From positions 55,034,788 through 55,098,787 of the forward strand of contig CM120640.1 of the NCBI GenBank assembly GCA_051362555.1: a stretch of 64,000 nucleotides of DNA, written 5' to 3'. This document shows positions 13,028 to 26,600 of the stretch, piece after piece. Position 1 is the stretch's first letter. Each line of letters opens with the position of its first letter. This stretch comes from Lingula anatina (lineage: Eukaryota; Animalia; Brachiopoda). The notes beneath the pieces are model-generated. The model did no database searches and had not been told where the DNA came from. It was given only the letters and a program-made list of their open reading frames with translations. The translations under genes were made by a program, and so were the position numbers.

Positions 13028-16000
13028 CTATGTCCAAAGTGCCTTGGGTACCATTCCTTCCTTGGTTACAATAGAGGGTTCTAGATTTTCCTCTTTGAGA
13101 AATTGCAGAGGGAAGAAGACAATATTGCCTTTAATCTGCTTCAATTCTAGTTTTGCTTTCCTTGGATTAGACTCTGCAAGAGGAGTTTGTTTCTGCAGCT
13201 CCTTCAGCTGTGACATGTTGTGGATGTCATTGTTGGGAATGCAATTAAAGACCTGCAATGTATAGATAAAATCATAAAGGACCACTTCTCTTATATGTCT
13301 CCCCAGCTCTAAATTTTTTATTTCAGAATTTAATCAAAGATCTCTCGCTCTTTTTTCTCTGTCTCCTTACCTGTGTATACACTTTGGAGTTAATGGCTGC
13401 CCTGTGTAACCAAGTCTTTTTATACATCTCGTTGCACACAGGGTCTGTCACATCAGTTTCATTGTCTTTAATTCCTAAATGCTCTCTAAGGAGGAAAACA
13501 AACATAAATATGATAAAAATTTACAGTTTCCACTTTTCAACAGTTTACAATAATTTACACAAAACAAATTCAATATGAAGAAATTATTTTAATTTTGTTG
13601 TAATCTTATATTTGCTACAGTTGTCATATTAGCTCAAGCATGTATTTACAAAATAATCATTCTTCTCTAGGTGTGGACAGTTAAAGAATTTAGATGTGTT
13701 TTGTGCAGTGGGTAAAAAATTGTATATTACATAATGTAAAATCAGAATAAAGAGGAAAAAATACTAGCCTAAATACTGTCCTTCTGAGACTGGAAGCAAA
13801 TAACCCTGCCTCATAATCTTTTCCATTCATCTTGGAAGCCAAAGTAGCTTTGTCCTTGGGGAAGAACAGGAAAAAAATTAGAGATAGATTAGTTGTTCTA
13901 CAAACTAATTCCCAGAGCACACTGCTCTGTCTGTCAGTAAATTTAGTTGCCTCTAATGAACAAATGGAGAAAATGGATTATGACTCACCCATTTTATTTT
14001 TACTTCATTAATGTGGACTTAAAATTGCTTCACGATTTCAGTGCAATGGACAGGAATAAAATAAATAATTTAAAAAAAAGGTTAAAGGTGAAAAAAAAAA
14101 ATCATAAACACAAGCATACACAAATCCACACACACTTATCAATCTACAGTGATATACCTAAGCATATTAGTGCTGCAGTTTCCCTAGCTACTTTTCACTT
14201 ATATATTAGATGACTAACACTATTCAATAATTTGGCTTAATGGTGATGGATTGTTTAATCAAAGTTGGCATAAGGCCACTTATAAAAATAGACGAAAACC
14301 AAACACTAACGCACTCACTTGCACAACAAGAGCACAATGGCATGCCTAATGTAATATGTGCACTAAAAACCAACATGAAGATACCATTTTTTTCCAAGAC
14401 AATACACCACAACATTATCAAGTGGTATATTATTTTTTAAATATGCATATTTGAAAAATAATATATCCCTTGATAATTTTTCAAATAATTATTACACATC
14501 TAGCTTCATCCATCTATTTTGTGTCAGAAGTAAACTTAAGCAAACAATCTGCTAGTTGACAGGAATTAGCTGGTAATATTCTGATAAGAGAGACCAAATA
14601 TGGCCCATATTTCAAACTATAGACAGAGTGACAGACTAACCATTTCACAACAGCATCACTAAAACCTACTCAGTGAATACTATACCAAATCTATCAAGAT
14701 AATACATCTTGTATTCAAGGCCTTATAACGAGGGTTCTAGAATTATTTTAGTTACTGGAACATGTTTCTATCTTAAGGATGTAGATAACAGTAAATTGTC
14801 AAAATTTGGGTGTTTTTCTGAATTTGTCAGTATTAGATAGATGAAATATCAACTACATATCAGCCTATCTTAAAATAATGGAAGTTTACAAATAAACCCG
14901 TAATTTTAGCCTAATTGCTGATTTACCCCTGTGGTAGCGTGTCTGAGTTTTAAAGTAGGTCACACTTGTCCATATATGTGTTTGATTGGCAGCTCCACTG
15001 TGCAGCTGTATATTTCCCGTACTAGATTGCTGCTAACCTTTCACATTCTGTGAGTAACGTCGCGCTTTCACTTGCCAAACAATACTTTTCATTTTGAATT
15101 TATCAGTGAACTTAATTCTGACGATCTATTAAAGCTTTAAAAAGCAGACATATAGATGAGACGTATATGGGCAAAGGCACTCCCCCTAGGTGTCACGTGG
15201 TGAAGAAGGCTGACGTCACGACTAACATGGTGGCTGCTGTCAATACATGGAGGGGGCCTCTGGTTGAAAATGTTCAATAATAATGTTGAAAATGGATGAA
15301 AGACATAGTGACAGTTACATAGGCAGTGAGTAGAGGGCTGAACCAGTATAAATAACTAAATTTCTCAGCTTGCCAATGCAGCTCACTGATTATATAACGT
15401 TGGAATCTCCGGGGAGCACTAAAAGGCTGATTTCTCCACTTCAGTTTATGGCTTCAAGAGAACGATTTAGACCAGTGTCGAAATTAATTAGAACTCTCAA
15501 CCGATGAAAGCTGGTATTCATTCGCTAGGTCTAAGGTTTGTCTGAAAGTATGTGTCTGGGATTTCATAACATCAGCTCCGTTTTCAACTTAGGCATGCTT
15601 TAGTTAGGCTAGGGGGTCTCGTTGAACTGGAAACCAAGTTTATTTTGATATCTCTGCTAATTTAACACATATCGCTAATTTGAGGCGCATTCTTGTTGAT
15701 CCCTATGAGGGCTCACGAGTCAAGCTGTCTACACATGTCCATTTGTAGTGGACTTCTAGTTTTTAAGGTGTAAAGATCATGTTGAGCACACCTATTAAGC
15801 ATTATATCTCATTATGTAAGGATTACATAATAAAATAAGGATATGAAATGAAGAGCTGTTGAAATAAGCTTTCTATTGATATGTAACATGTTGGTATATC
15901 TTGGTCGGTTTAGAAGATAGCTACCCCTGTTATCTACATCCTTAACACAAGGGAGTAAAAGTGAAAATAACTTACTTCATATAGGACAGCCATCTCACTA

Positions 16001-19000
16001 TCCCTTTTGCCTAACAAACTGCGGTCATTGATGTTGGCTGAGCCTATGATCACCAAGTTGTCATCCACAATTAACATCTTACTATGCACATAGATCAGCT
16101 CACAAACCTAAGGGTAAAGATGGTTACATTTATGCATTAAACAGTAAGCAGACATTTAATCTTCAGGTTATAGCAAAATGAAAAAGTTACATTATATAAG
16201 TTTTTTTTTAAGTTTAATGAGAGACTTGGCATTTTTCAATAGCTAAAGGAAAATGTTGCTTTCACTTATCATCTTCAATTGTCATATCTTACTTCTATTA
16301 TCTTATGATTAAGTATAAGGATAATATGCAAAAAAAATACTATTAGTCTTTATTTCCCCAGTTTTGAATGTGAAGTAAATTACCTACTGGCCATTTTCAA
16401 ATTCTTTGAGCTGTAAACAGCCATCTATTTCTATAACAAGCATATTTGTTAAGAGCATCATTTGTGCATCATAAATTTAAACTTACAAGTTTTCCATTCA
16501 GCACATCATGGTTTCTCAGACCATAGAATGAGATGTATTTGAAAGGGTCTGTCACTTAAAGTAAACAAAAGCACAACTTTTTTGATAACAAATCTGTTTG
16601 AAGTCAGTGAAAGGCATTAAAATTGAACATAAAAGTATGTAACATTATATTAAAGTCGAGATTATTATATAAGAAAAGCACATTTCACATTTTTTTTAAA
16701 GTTGATTTTAAAACAATGACTTGAGAAAAAATCATATCATATTAGTCATAGTCTTATCAAAAACTGCTCTCTCTCTCTCTCATCGGTTTACTTACTGTGC
16801 TTGAGAAGTCTCTCTAATAGTGACTTCCCTCCTCTACAAATGGACTGATAGTTCCAGTGTGTAACTGTTCGTAAAGCGGCACCAGTTGTATCACCTATTT
16901 TTCCTTCAAACCCTGGCAGTAATGGCAGCACCACATAAACACGGAATGTTTCATTATTCCTGTAGAAATATAAGTACTCGCTAAACACATCATTATAAAT
17001 TTAGATTTTTTGTATTTTGATGACTGTACTTCATTCATAACAAAACTGCAAGGACCAAAAAAGTACAAAGTATCAAAATCTCATAGATTACTCTTCAAGT
17101 TGATGATGCCTCATATTTAGAATCATTTAAATATTTCAACCTCAATCATACAGGTTATCAAATATAATATTCTGTAAAAGAATTTGAAAAAATATTCTCA
17201 CTCATGAGCTTTGATGATCCTCTTGTACAAGGCCTCTCCTATTCCATTATGAACATCTGGATGTTCATACACAGTGATGAAAAACTGGTTCTAAAACATC
17301 AAATAAAACCATCATGATTGAGGTAACTCCATTTGCAAAAAAAAAAAAAAAAAAGAAAAAGAAATCGCATGCAGAAAACCAAATCGATAATTCACTGTTC
17401 TTGTTAAGACAAAATAAATACAAAGGATGAAATAAAATCCTTGAATTATATAGCTACTATGGACTGTGAAACTAAATAAAGAATTTTTCTTTGCAACTGG
17501 ATATTTCTACCAATAAAGAATCTTGAACTCACCTCTATATAAATGTAATGTTTGGCATCTTCAATGGCCTTGATGTATGCCTGCTGGATGGAGTCCTCTG
17601 TTCTAGCTATTCCTACTGACCAGGAGGAAGCACTACGCAATACCTACTCAACAGTAATCATAATAAAGATATATATACATATATACATACATACATATAT
17701 AAAGTATGAGAGTGATGAAACTAAAAAGTATTACAGACTTCAGTCAAACTGGGCAGTATAAATATGGTCAAAAAGCATTGGATCTGTTCTGCAAGACAAT
17801 TTAACATACCAAGTTTTCATGTCTGTTTTCATATATTATGTGACTATCTCTTACCTGAGCTCTACAGTAAAAGGAGTATTTTCTGAGTCCTTGAGGGACA
17901 GCAGTATGTTCATAAGACTTTGGCACCAAGAAAGGGTAGTCATGATTGTATTTGGCCTTGGTTTGCTAGTAACAAAATAGAAAATGTCTTGCAAATGGCT
18001 TTTTATTAACAATGTTCATAAGTTACTACAAATAAGATACACTTAATGATTCAAATAAATTTCAAGAAACAAAAATGCCATTTCATGCATATCCTACTTG
18101 TTCATAAAATATATCATTGATCAACTACCTAATCTTAATTACGTGTTTTATTCTGTAGTGAGTACAGTCATGACCAAGCATCATCATAAGTGGGTGTCAC
18201 CTTTGTAAAGTTCCAGCGCTGAATAAAATGCCTAGCGACATCTCTGGCAGGTTTTCCAAACACTACGCTCCCTATGTCATGCCAGGGCATTCTGGGAATG
18301 GTGTTTCTGTCTACACTGTCTGTAACACAAAAATTTCGGAAAAAGTCAGCTGACATGCAGTTACCTTTCAAAGTTTACAATTGCCTTAATCAAGAGTAAT
18401 AAAAGAAAATAAATGGAAATCTAAAAAATACATAGATAATGCATGCACAAAACTTGTCAAATAGGACTGACAAGATATAATCATAATAAGATTTGATAAA
18501 TCAATAAAAATTCTTAAGTTCCATCAATTTAATTGGAAAAAAGAAAGATTGTGTAACAGAAGTGTGTATGGCATCATTTACCAGCATATGGTTCTTCTAC
18601 CCCACCAAAGTCTTTTAAGATGAAGTTGGCATAGTCCTTGCCTATCCAGATCTTTGTGTTACCCTCAAGTCCCATTTCCTTCAATTGGTCCTCATTAATT
18701 GCTGATCCATGTGTGCTATACATGAAAAAATCCACATCAAAATACATAAAACAACCTTTCTTCTCCCTACAGAAACTTCTGATAGTCTTCATGAGAACTT
18801 AACTTTGATAAATGTTATAATTCAAATTTATAAATACCACTTAGCCTTCCAACCACTTTATTAAAATAAATATCTCTGAAAATGCTATCATACAACACTG
18901 CTTCTCTAAATCTTAAAAAACACTTTTTTATCTCCTAAAAACAGAAAACTGAATATCAATAAAACTGTAAACTGGTAAAAAAAATCCAATTAGAAAGCAA

Positions 19001-20572
19001 AATTAGAGGACAAACCTGCAAAAGTTACCAAATGCATTTGCCATTACTAAAGCAAGAAATAAATTCTGATAGTTTGGGTATTCAAATTTACCTCCTATCA
19101 GATTCAAGCAACGGATAATAAAATCTAACCCCATATAAAGCAATGAACAAAGTGTTATAAAAAAATATCAAATAAAATTTTGTCATATGTTAAGCATTAG
19201 TTGCAGCTTACAGAAATATCTGTAAAATAATGAATTGAAGCAAATAACTAAACAGATAAATGAAACATTGCATTAATGCAAGATCCTAATCCCAGTGGAG
19301 TTTGACAGAAAATTAATAATCTTATCAGAAAATGAGGTTTGCTTTCTTCATTCCAAAGAAACCACCATGGTTAAACAAAAAGTAGAAAAGGAATAGAGTG
19401 ATGGAGAAAAATCCACAGAAATAATACCTTTGGGGAGAAATAAATCAAATAATGAAAGCTAGGAAAATAAATCATATGAAAGCTATGAAAGCTACGCATG
19501 ATTACCATTGCAAAAAATAAATAAATTGTGGAACTTACAATGAAATCTTACTGAAGTTTCTAGATTTTTTAAAACCCCTGCAAAGATGAGAGAAAACTTC
19601 TGCCTTATTTCTCAGACATGATTTTAAGTAATTAGGTATAAGTGACTGTCAAGTGTGCAGCTCATATTAAAAATACATTATCTGATCATGTTTGCAATCC
19701 TACAAAACCCGGTTGAGAGGAAATATCTCAAAGGCAAGCACTACCATGAAAAACACGCATACAATATATGCCTTACTAAGCAAACCAATCTTATTTGTAA
19801 GCCTTGCTTGGATGGAAACTTATTCCATGTCAGTACTGTGTAGAAAAACAGTACAATTTCTTTTGAAACACATTTTGTACAATTGAACATAACAAAACTG
19901 ACTGTTTTATTGTACAAAGCAGATTTTTATGAAAATATATTACATGCAAATTTGATAACAACCAATTAATGAGATAAATTATATTTTGAGTTGTCAATGA
20001 ATTTGTAATCAATGTAAGTGCTGAAAATGAATTTTTAACATAAATTGTTCTTATTATACAATGAACAGTTTCATGTATAAAAATCATGAATAAAAAATCA
20101 ATTTCAATTTTTTACTATGATTCTAAAAAGCTGGAAGGCATAGTGTAGGCCAATAGTACAACTCACAATCTGCTGCTATACAACATCTTTTGTTTGTCCA
20201 TGAATTGCCTAGGAGTAAACATGTTTCATTTCAATGACAATGAGCTTTGTCAAAAAAAAACTTACCTTATTATGCACCTGATGCAAGACACATAACAATT
20301 GTGCAACTAAAATCATACAAACTTTAAATATTACTAATAAAGACACAAACACCTTTTCAGGCGAAAAAATATTATAAAAAAGAAATCCCATTCACAAGCA
20401 ATGGCTTAAAAACCTTAAACAAAGAGATGAAGCAGGAGAATTTCTGAAAATGAAATACATCACATACAGCATAAGACACATGGTAACATAGAGCTGCTCA
20501 AGGGAATACTGGCAATAACATTCCTGAACATGCAGCTACCATGAAACAAATGATACATGCTGATGCTTCACG

Positions 20573-20612
<40 letters not shown>

Positions 20613-23600
20613 ACCCCCACCAACCCCATTTTCAATAAAAGATTGATATTGGTGTTATTTCTTTTCAGCTAACCACAACATGGCTTTTCAAAATATGTAC
20701 TTATGTACCTCTCACTAGTAAGAAAAGCTTCTTACCCCTGCTCATATCCAACTAATAAATGGAAAAAACCTTTCTAGTTTTGTTTTTGATGGTTTCACAG
20801 ATATTATTCAATAGCAAATAGTGTAAAAAACAACAAAATGCAACCAAGCTGTTATTGCACAGCTTATTCTGTGCATTTTAACAAGAATTAATTATAAATA
20901 ACAGTTAGTTTGATGACTCACTAAAATAAGCTTTGTAAAATACAACAGACAAAGGACCTAAGACAAAGTCTACTACGAGTGACAACATCACATGAACAGC
21001 TGCATTCCTTCAAAATGCCAGTCCCATTACCTTATACATCTGTTACACAGCTTAGTATAACACACAGCTACCAACTGATGCTTTACACACGACAGGTGTG
21101 ACACTACCTTATTTCCCTCAAAATTGTTTCCTCTACAGAAAAGGGAATGGATATTCATAATAAACATAGACAGTTGTAATAATTCCTAAATAGAACAATA
21201 CTTTCACTTTCCCACAAGCTTGCCATCTAGATCAGAAGTTGTGAACAGTACTAGCTTAAAATCCACTAGTCCTAAAATATTCAAAATTTCATATTGACTG
21301 ATCTTTGTTCGTGCACTCTTCCTAGTACCAACATGTTCATCTGGGGAAAAAACACTAAACTTTGTTGAGTAAAAAAGAAACAGTTTTATGCAGTTATGTT
21401 TGAGATTTTCTGGCCAGGCTTTAGCTCTCTGGCTTGGTGCCAGTGGTTATTTCTATTACAGTGATAGCAAAATAAAATTATCGATCCTTCTGTGGAGAAA
21501 TAGGGTCATTTACCACTGAATCATACAAAGTATCAATGGATAAGAAAACACATTAAAATCAAACAAATAAGGTCCCTATTATTTCCCTTAAACAAGACTT
21601 TACTATAAAATCTTAGATTAAAGTGAGACTTTGTCTTTTTAAACACACTTTGAAATCAGCAAATTTGGAATGCCACATTTAAAAAAAATCATCAATACAA
21701 AAAGCTTAACAGGAAATAAACATCCCAATCAAACAAAATTCTACTTTTTTCTGGAATTGTATGTGCTTTGAGAAAAAAAAGTATCTTATGACAATATTAA
21801 GGCACATTGATACTCAAATTAAAAATTCAAGATGACTTACTTGTATATGAGGCTATCTTCCTCTTCCAACGTCATGTCCACAGATTTCTGGCGGTATACT
21901 GAGTGCATAGATGCAAGTCTGGATGCCTAGAAAGATAAAAGGTCACTTCCTAAGATCATAGGTTTATAATCACAGTGAAATCTAAATCTTCTTCACTCTT
22001 TACATTAAGTAGTACATGTGAGGATTCATAAGCAACATACAGAGTAGGGAGGTCATCAGTCCAAGTCTGATAATACTAAATAATCAGGAATCTATAAAAC
22101 TCTGTGTCACATCAAAAATAATTTACCAAAATAGTAAGTGGTACAAATTAACCTGGAACAGAACTAAATTCGCTGAACCATTTACCTTGCATCCTATAGT
22201 AAAATGTTCTATAATCAATCTCATTACATTATCAGTTAGTTACAATAACTGCTATTAAAATATTACCAGTCTACTGGCCTTCCTAAATCTATCTAAAGGT
22301 TTGCTTAAACGCTTGGTGTCACCAACAGGATGCTCATCATCAGAATGTTCGTAGGCAAGATCTGTATTACTGCCAACTGGGGAGGGAGAACTGACCACCA
22401 ATGTGGGGACATTTTGTCTTTCAATCTTCAATTTCAATCCCTGGGGTTTTTTACTTTTCAGTCCTAATTTGAAATTGTCCATAGCCTTTGACATGGTGGT
22501 CATTTTGGAAGCGGTCCATGTTTTGTAATGCTTGTCATGTTCAGCTTCCCCATCTTCCCCATCTTCCTCACTACTTGATGATCCAAGCCTCGACTTCATT
22601 CTCTGGACTGCTTTTTTTAGAACAAGTTTGGCACGTGGCCAAGTTGCTGTTGGATCACTGCTGTCTGATTCATCACTTCCATCAGAATCACTGTCTTTAT
22701 TGCTTTTCCATTTTGTTTTAGACTTTCTTTTTGGCTCTGGTGTGGAGTTTTCTTGCGAATCAGATTCACATACTTCATACCTTGCCTGCAAAAGTCCATC
22801 TGATTCATCCAGATGTTCTAATGATTTGCTTTCTTTGTGATCTTTTTTCTTCTTTTTTCTTTTCTTGTCTTTCCTTTTGTATTTCTTGTCTTTTGTTTGT
22901 CGTTCTACTGCTGAGTCAAATGAAGACACGTCAGTATCTATTTGAGCTGAACCCTTCACACCTTCAATCTTTTGGTGCAAGAGCCCATCTGATTCATCCA
23001 GATGTTCTAATGATTTACTTTCCATGTCATCTTTTTTCTTATATTTTGTTTTCTTTTCTTTCTTTTTGTATTTCTTGTCTTTTGTTTTCGGTTCCACTGT
23101 AGAGTCAAATGAAGATCTATCGCTATCTACTTGCAATAAAAGCTGCCCATCTTTTTTTGTTTTATTTTGCTTTGATTTTGCTACATCTTTCTTTTTCTTC
23201 TGAGTGGCTGGGGATGCTCTAGGTGTTAATTCATTCTTCTCCAGGTCATCAGTGAAGGTTACTTCACTTTTCTTTATTGTTGTTTCCTTTCTCTCAGTTT
23301 TAGGTGTACTGATGGGGCTGGGAGATTTCAGGGCGCTCTTTTTTCTATTACTTTTAGGTGATAAAGAAAGTATTTTCTGGCTCTCAACAGGGTCACTCTC
23401 AACTGTTTCTTTTCCAGCAGCTTTTTTTGGTGTTTCTATTAATCCGTCATCATTGTTGTTCACAGTTTTCATATTCTGAAGTTCTTTTGATCTGGTCTCA
23501 GGAAGCTGATTTCCGTCATCTAATTCTACTTTAGAAACTTTATATTTTCCTGTCAATCCAATGTCAGCCTCTTCGGTTGGCATGAATATGTTCTGATTCT

Positions 23601-26600
23601 TATCAATCTCATCTTGGACAGTAGAGTCATCTTCAGGCACTGCTAAGCTCTCAAACTTTCCAATCTGATTTGAGTCATTTGGATCAGGTGCAATTGCGGG
23701 ATCTACAGATCCTTTTCCTCCATCTTCCTGTACTGGCTCTATCACAGCATCCACAGTAATTGCATTTTTTGTTTCCTCTGGAAATGTCTCTTGTAGTCTA
23801 TTTTTGTGAATCATTAATCGTTGAACAATATCACTAAAAGCTGTTGTGTTTGTACTCTGAGAAGGAAAAAAGACATTTTCTTTTCCCATTTGTTTTAATT
23901 CTTTGTCGGAGACAGCTTCTCTGTTTTCCCTAGTTTCATCCTTGTTACATTCTCCATTAGAATCAGTCCCAACTGCTGAAACTTGGACATCTGCATTACT
24001 GATTTCATCACTGCCTGTCTCACTTTTTTCTGAGATATCACTCAGTGCTGAAACTCCTCTTTTTATCCCTATTGGAGCTTTGGGGGGGTTTGGAGGTTTA
24101 TTGACAGGCACCATCACTGTAGGTTTTTTTGGACTCCTACTTGGATGAACACCCTCTTTTTTCTCCTTGTGTGACTCTTTCACTGTTTCAGCTTCATCAA
24201 TAAATGGGATGTCCTTGAACTGAGAAAAGTGAGAGATAAAATTGTAACTTTTCAAATGTATTTTTTAAATGAAAAGAAATGTCTCATACAGAAAGTTAGA
24301 TTATATACCTAACTTTAAAAAAATTAGCTTATCATGATTTTGATAAATAATAAGAATGAATTTACTAATAGAAGTACCTTTAATTCAAAAAATTTATAAT
24401 GTTTAGCTTAAAGGGATAATAACTCTTCGTATGAGATCTATATTTCACAATAAAAACATTGTGAACAACTCATAGAAATATAATATATTCTGTTTTACCC
24501 AATAATGGCAGTTACAGCTATTTTTTCTGATATCTGAGCTTGTCTTTAGACCATGTTACCTCCATTGATGGCTATACTCTGTTAAAATCTCTTAAGAGAT
24601 TTTAACAAAAAACCAAACTTTTTAGAAAAAAACCAGGGACTAACTTTGAATGTAAAAATGGATTCATTAACCATTGGTAAGTATGGGAAAATTGTTGTTT
24701 ACTCCAAGAAAATTAATTTTTTGGCCGAAACGAAGAGTTATTATCCCTTTAAGACAACGACACACTCCTTTCTTACTTTATCAGAGCTATCTACTTCATC
24801 AAACACATCTTCATTCTCAGTCACAGTCTCCATCAGTACAAGATCAATAGGACACATATCCTCTTTGTTGTTGTTGTTGATGGGGCATACTGGGGCAGCA
24901 TGCGGTGGCATCCAAAATGTAGGTGGGGTAGGCGAGGCAGTCTCGGGCTCCTCACTGCATGACAGGCTCACAGAACCAACATCTGTTAATCTGTAAATAA
25001 AAAGGAAATGGATGGAACACAAGGCCGTGTTGCTGAAGGAAGTGAATATAGTTCACAACTGAGTCCATGCTCCAAATTTTGTAATGCTGTTTCCCACAAC
25101 ATTTATTTATTTTTCCACTCCCCCCCCCCCCCCCATCCAAATACCAGGTCATGTCATTTGTTCATTAAAAATCTTAATGATCATAATTACACATATAAGC
25201 AGTTTCAATGACCACTGCATTATATTTGTATTGATATTTATCTCAAACTGCTACAAAACATTTAGAAAATTGTGCCTAATAAATACATTTTTCTTTACAG
25301 ATTCCCTTAAATCTTATTACCACAAGCACTATCTATCATACCTGTGACAATCATCATCCCAGCGGCCATAACATAGGTCTAGTCCTCCAACAAATGCAAT
25401 CCTTTGGTCCACAACCACTATCTTCTCATGGTGAGCCCACAGCAGAACACCCCCAGGAACATGGTCAGGGTGACGAAGTACCTGGAGTCACAATATTAAC
25501 AAATATTTAGTGAGAGAGTGAGCTCACTAGAATAGAGAATAAAAAAAAACAACAATATATAAAAAGAGATGTGAGATTTAGTGCACTACAAATATCATTT
25601 CATACTATACTCATGGGTATGTCTTTCCCAGAGAGTAACAATGAACCCTGAAAATGCAGAATGAATATAGATTTCAAGTTTGGTGCGATGAAGCTGACTA
25701 TGACTACCTTATTATGTATTTTACCCATTTAGATACTAAAACAGAATATGGTTTAAGTACACATAATCATGATCTTCCAATCTTATTCTTTACTATTTAT
25801 AACAGACAAAAAAAATTGGATATCAGAATGCTTTTAATGCTACTGGTTGAAAAATCACTATATCAAGCAGATGAAGACAAACCTTGACATTGTCACCCAA
25901 TTCTTTAACCAGGACTTGTTTGCTGTACAGGCTGTTGATTCCCAAAGCCAGTTCCACTTCTTTATACAACAGAACAAAGATTTTCACCCCTTGAACCTAG
26001 TGAAAGTGAGTTTGTGAATATTTTAATTTTTTACACTGAATATGGTTCACCTATTTGAAATACTAATATTGTTCAAGAAAAAACACTGATTAAGGGTGTA
26101 TTCCCAGAGATTTAGATCGATCCAGAGTTTAAGATTTAGATCGACCTAACTCCCTGGGGGTTCACGCTAAATTGCAGTCAGCCGAGCGCACACCATGGTA
26201 AATTGCCCCCTTACAGCTTTTAGTAGGCGGAACAGACAGTTAATATATCCACTCCTTTAGACATCAGGAACAGAGAAAAAAAGAAGCAATTTTTACCAAG
26301 ATTCCCAAAGTCACCTGATGCATTCATTACTGAGGATAGACTTAAGGTAGCAATTAACAGGGGTAGCTATCTTCTAAACCGGCCAAGATATACCAACATG
26401 TTACATATCAATAGAAAGCTTATTTCAACAGCTTTTCATTTCATATCCTTATTTTATTATGTTATCGTTACGTAATGAGATATTATGCTTAATAGGTGTG
26501 CTGAACATGATCTTTACACCTTAAAAACTAGAAGTCCACTACAAATGGACATGTGTAGACAGCTTGCCTCGTGAGCCCTCACTGGGATTAACAAGAATGC

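Noticed and set aside
22488-24148. Plus-strand ORFs overlapping the giant PLD exon
   Set aside because: Antisense shadows of low-complexity coding sequence.
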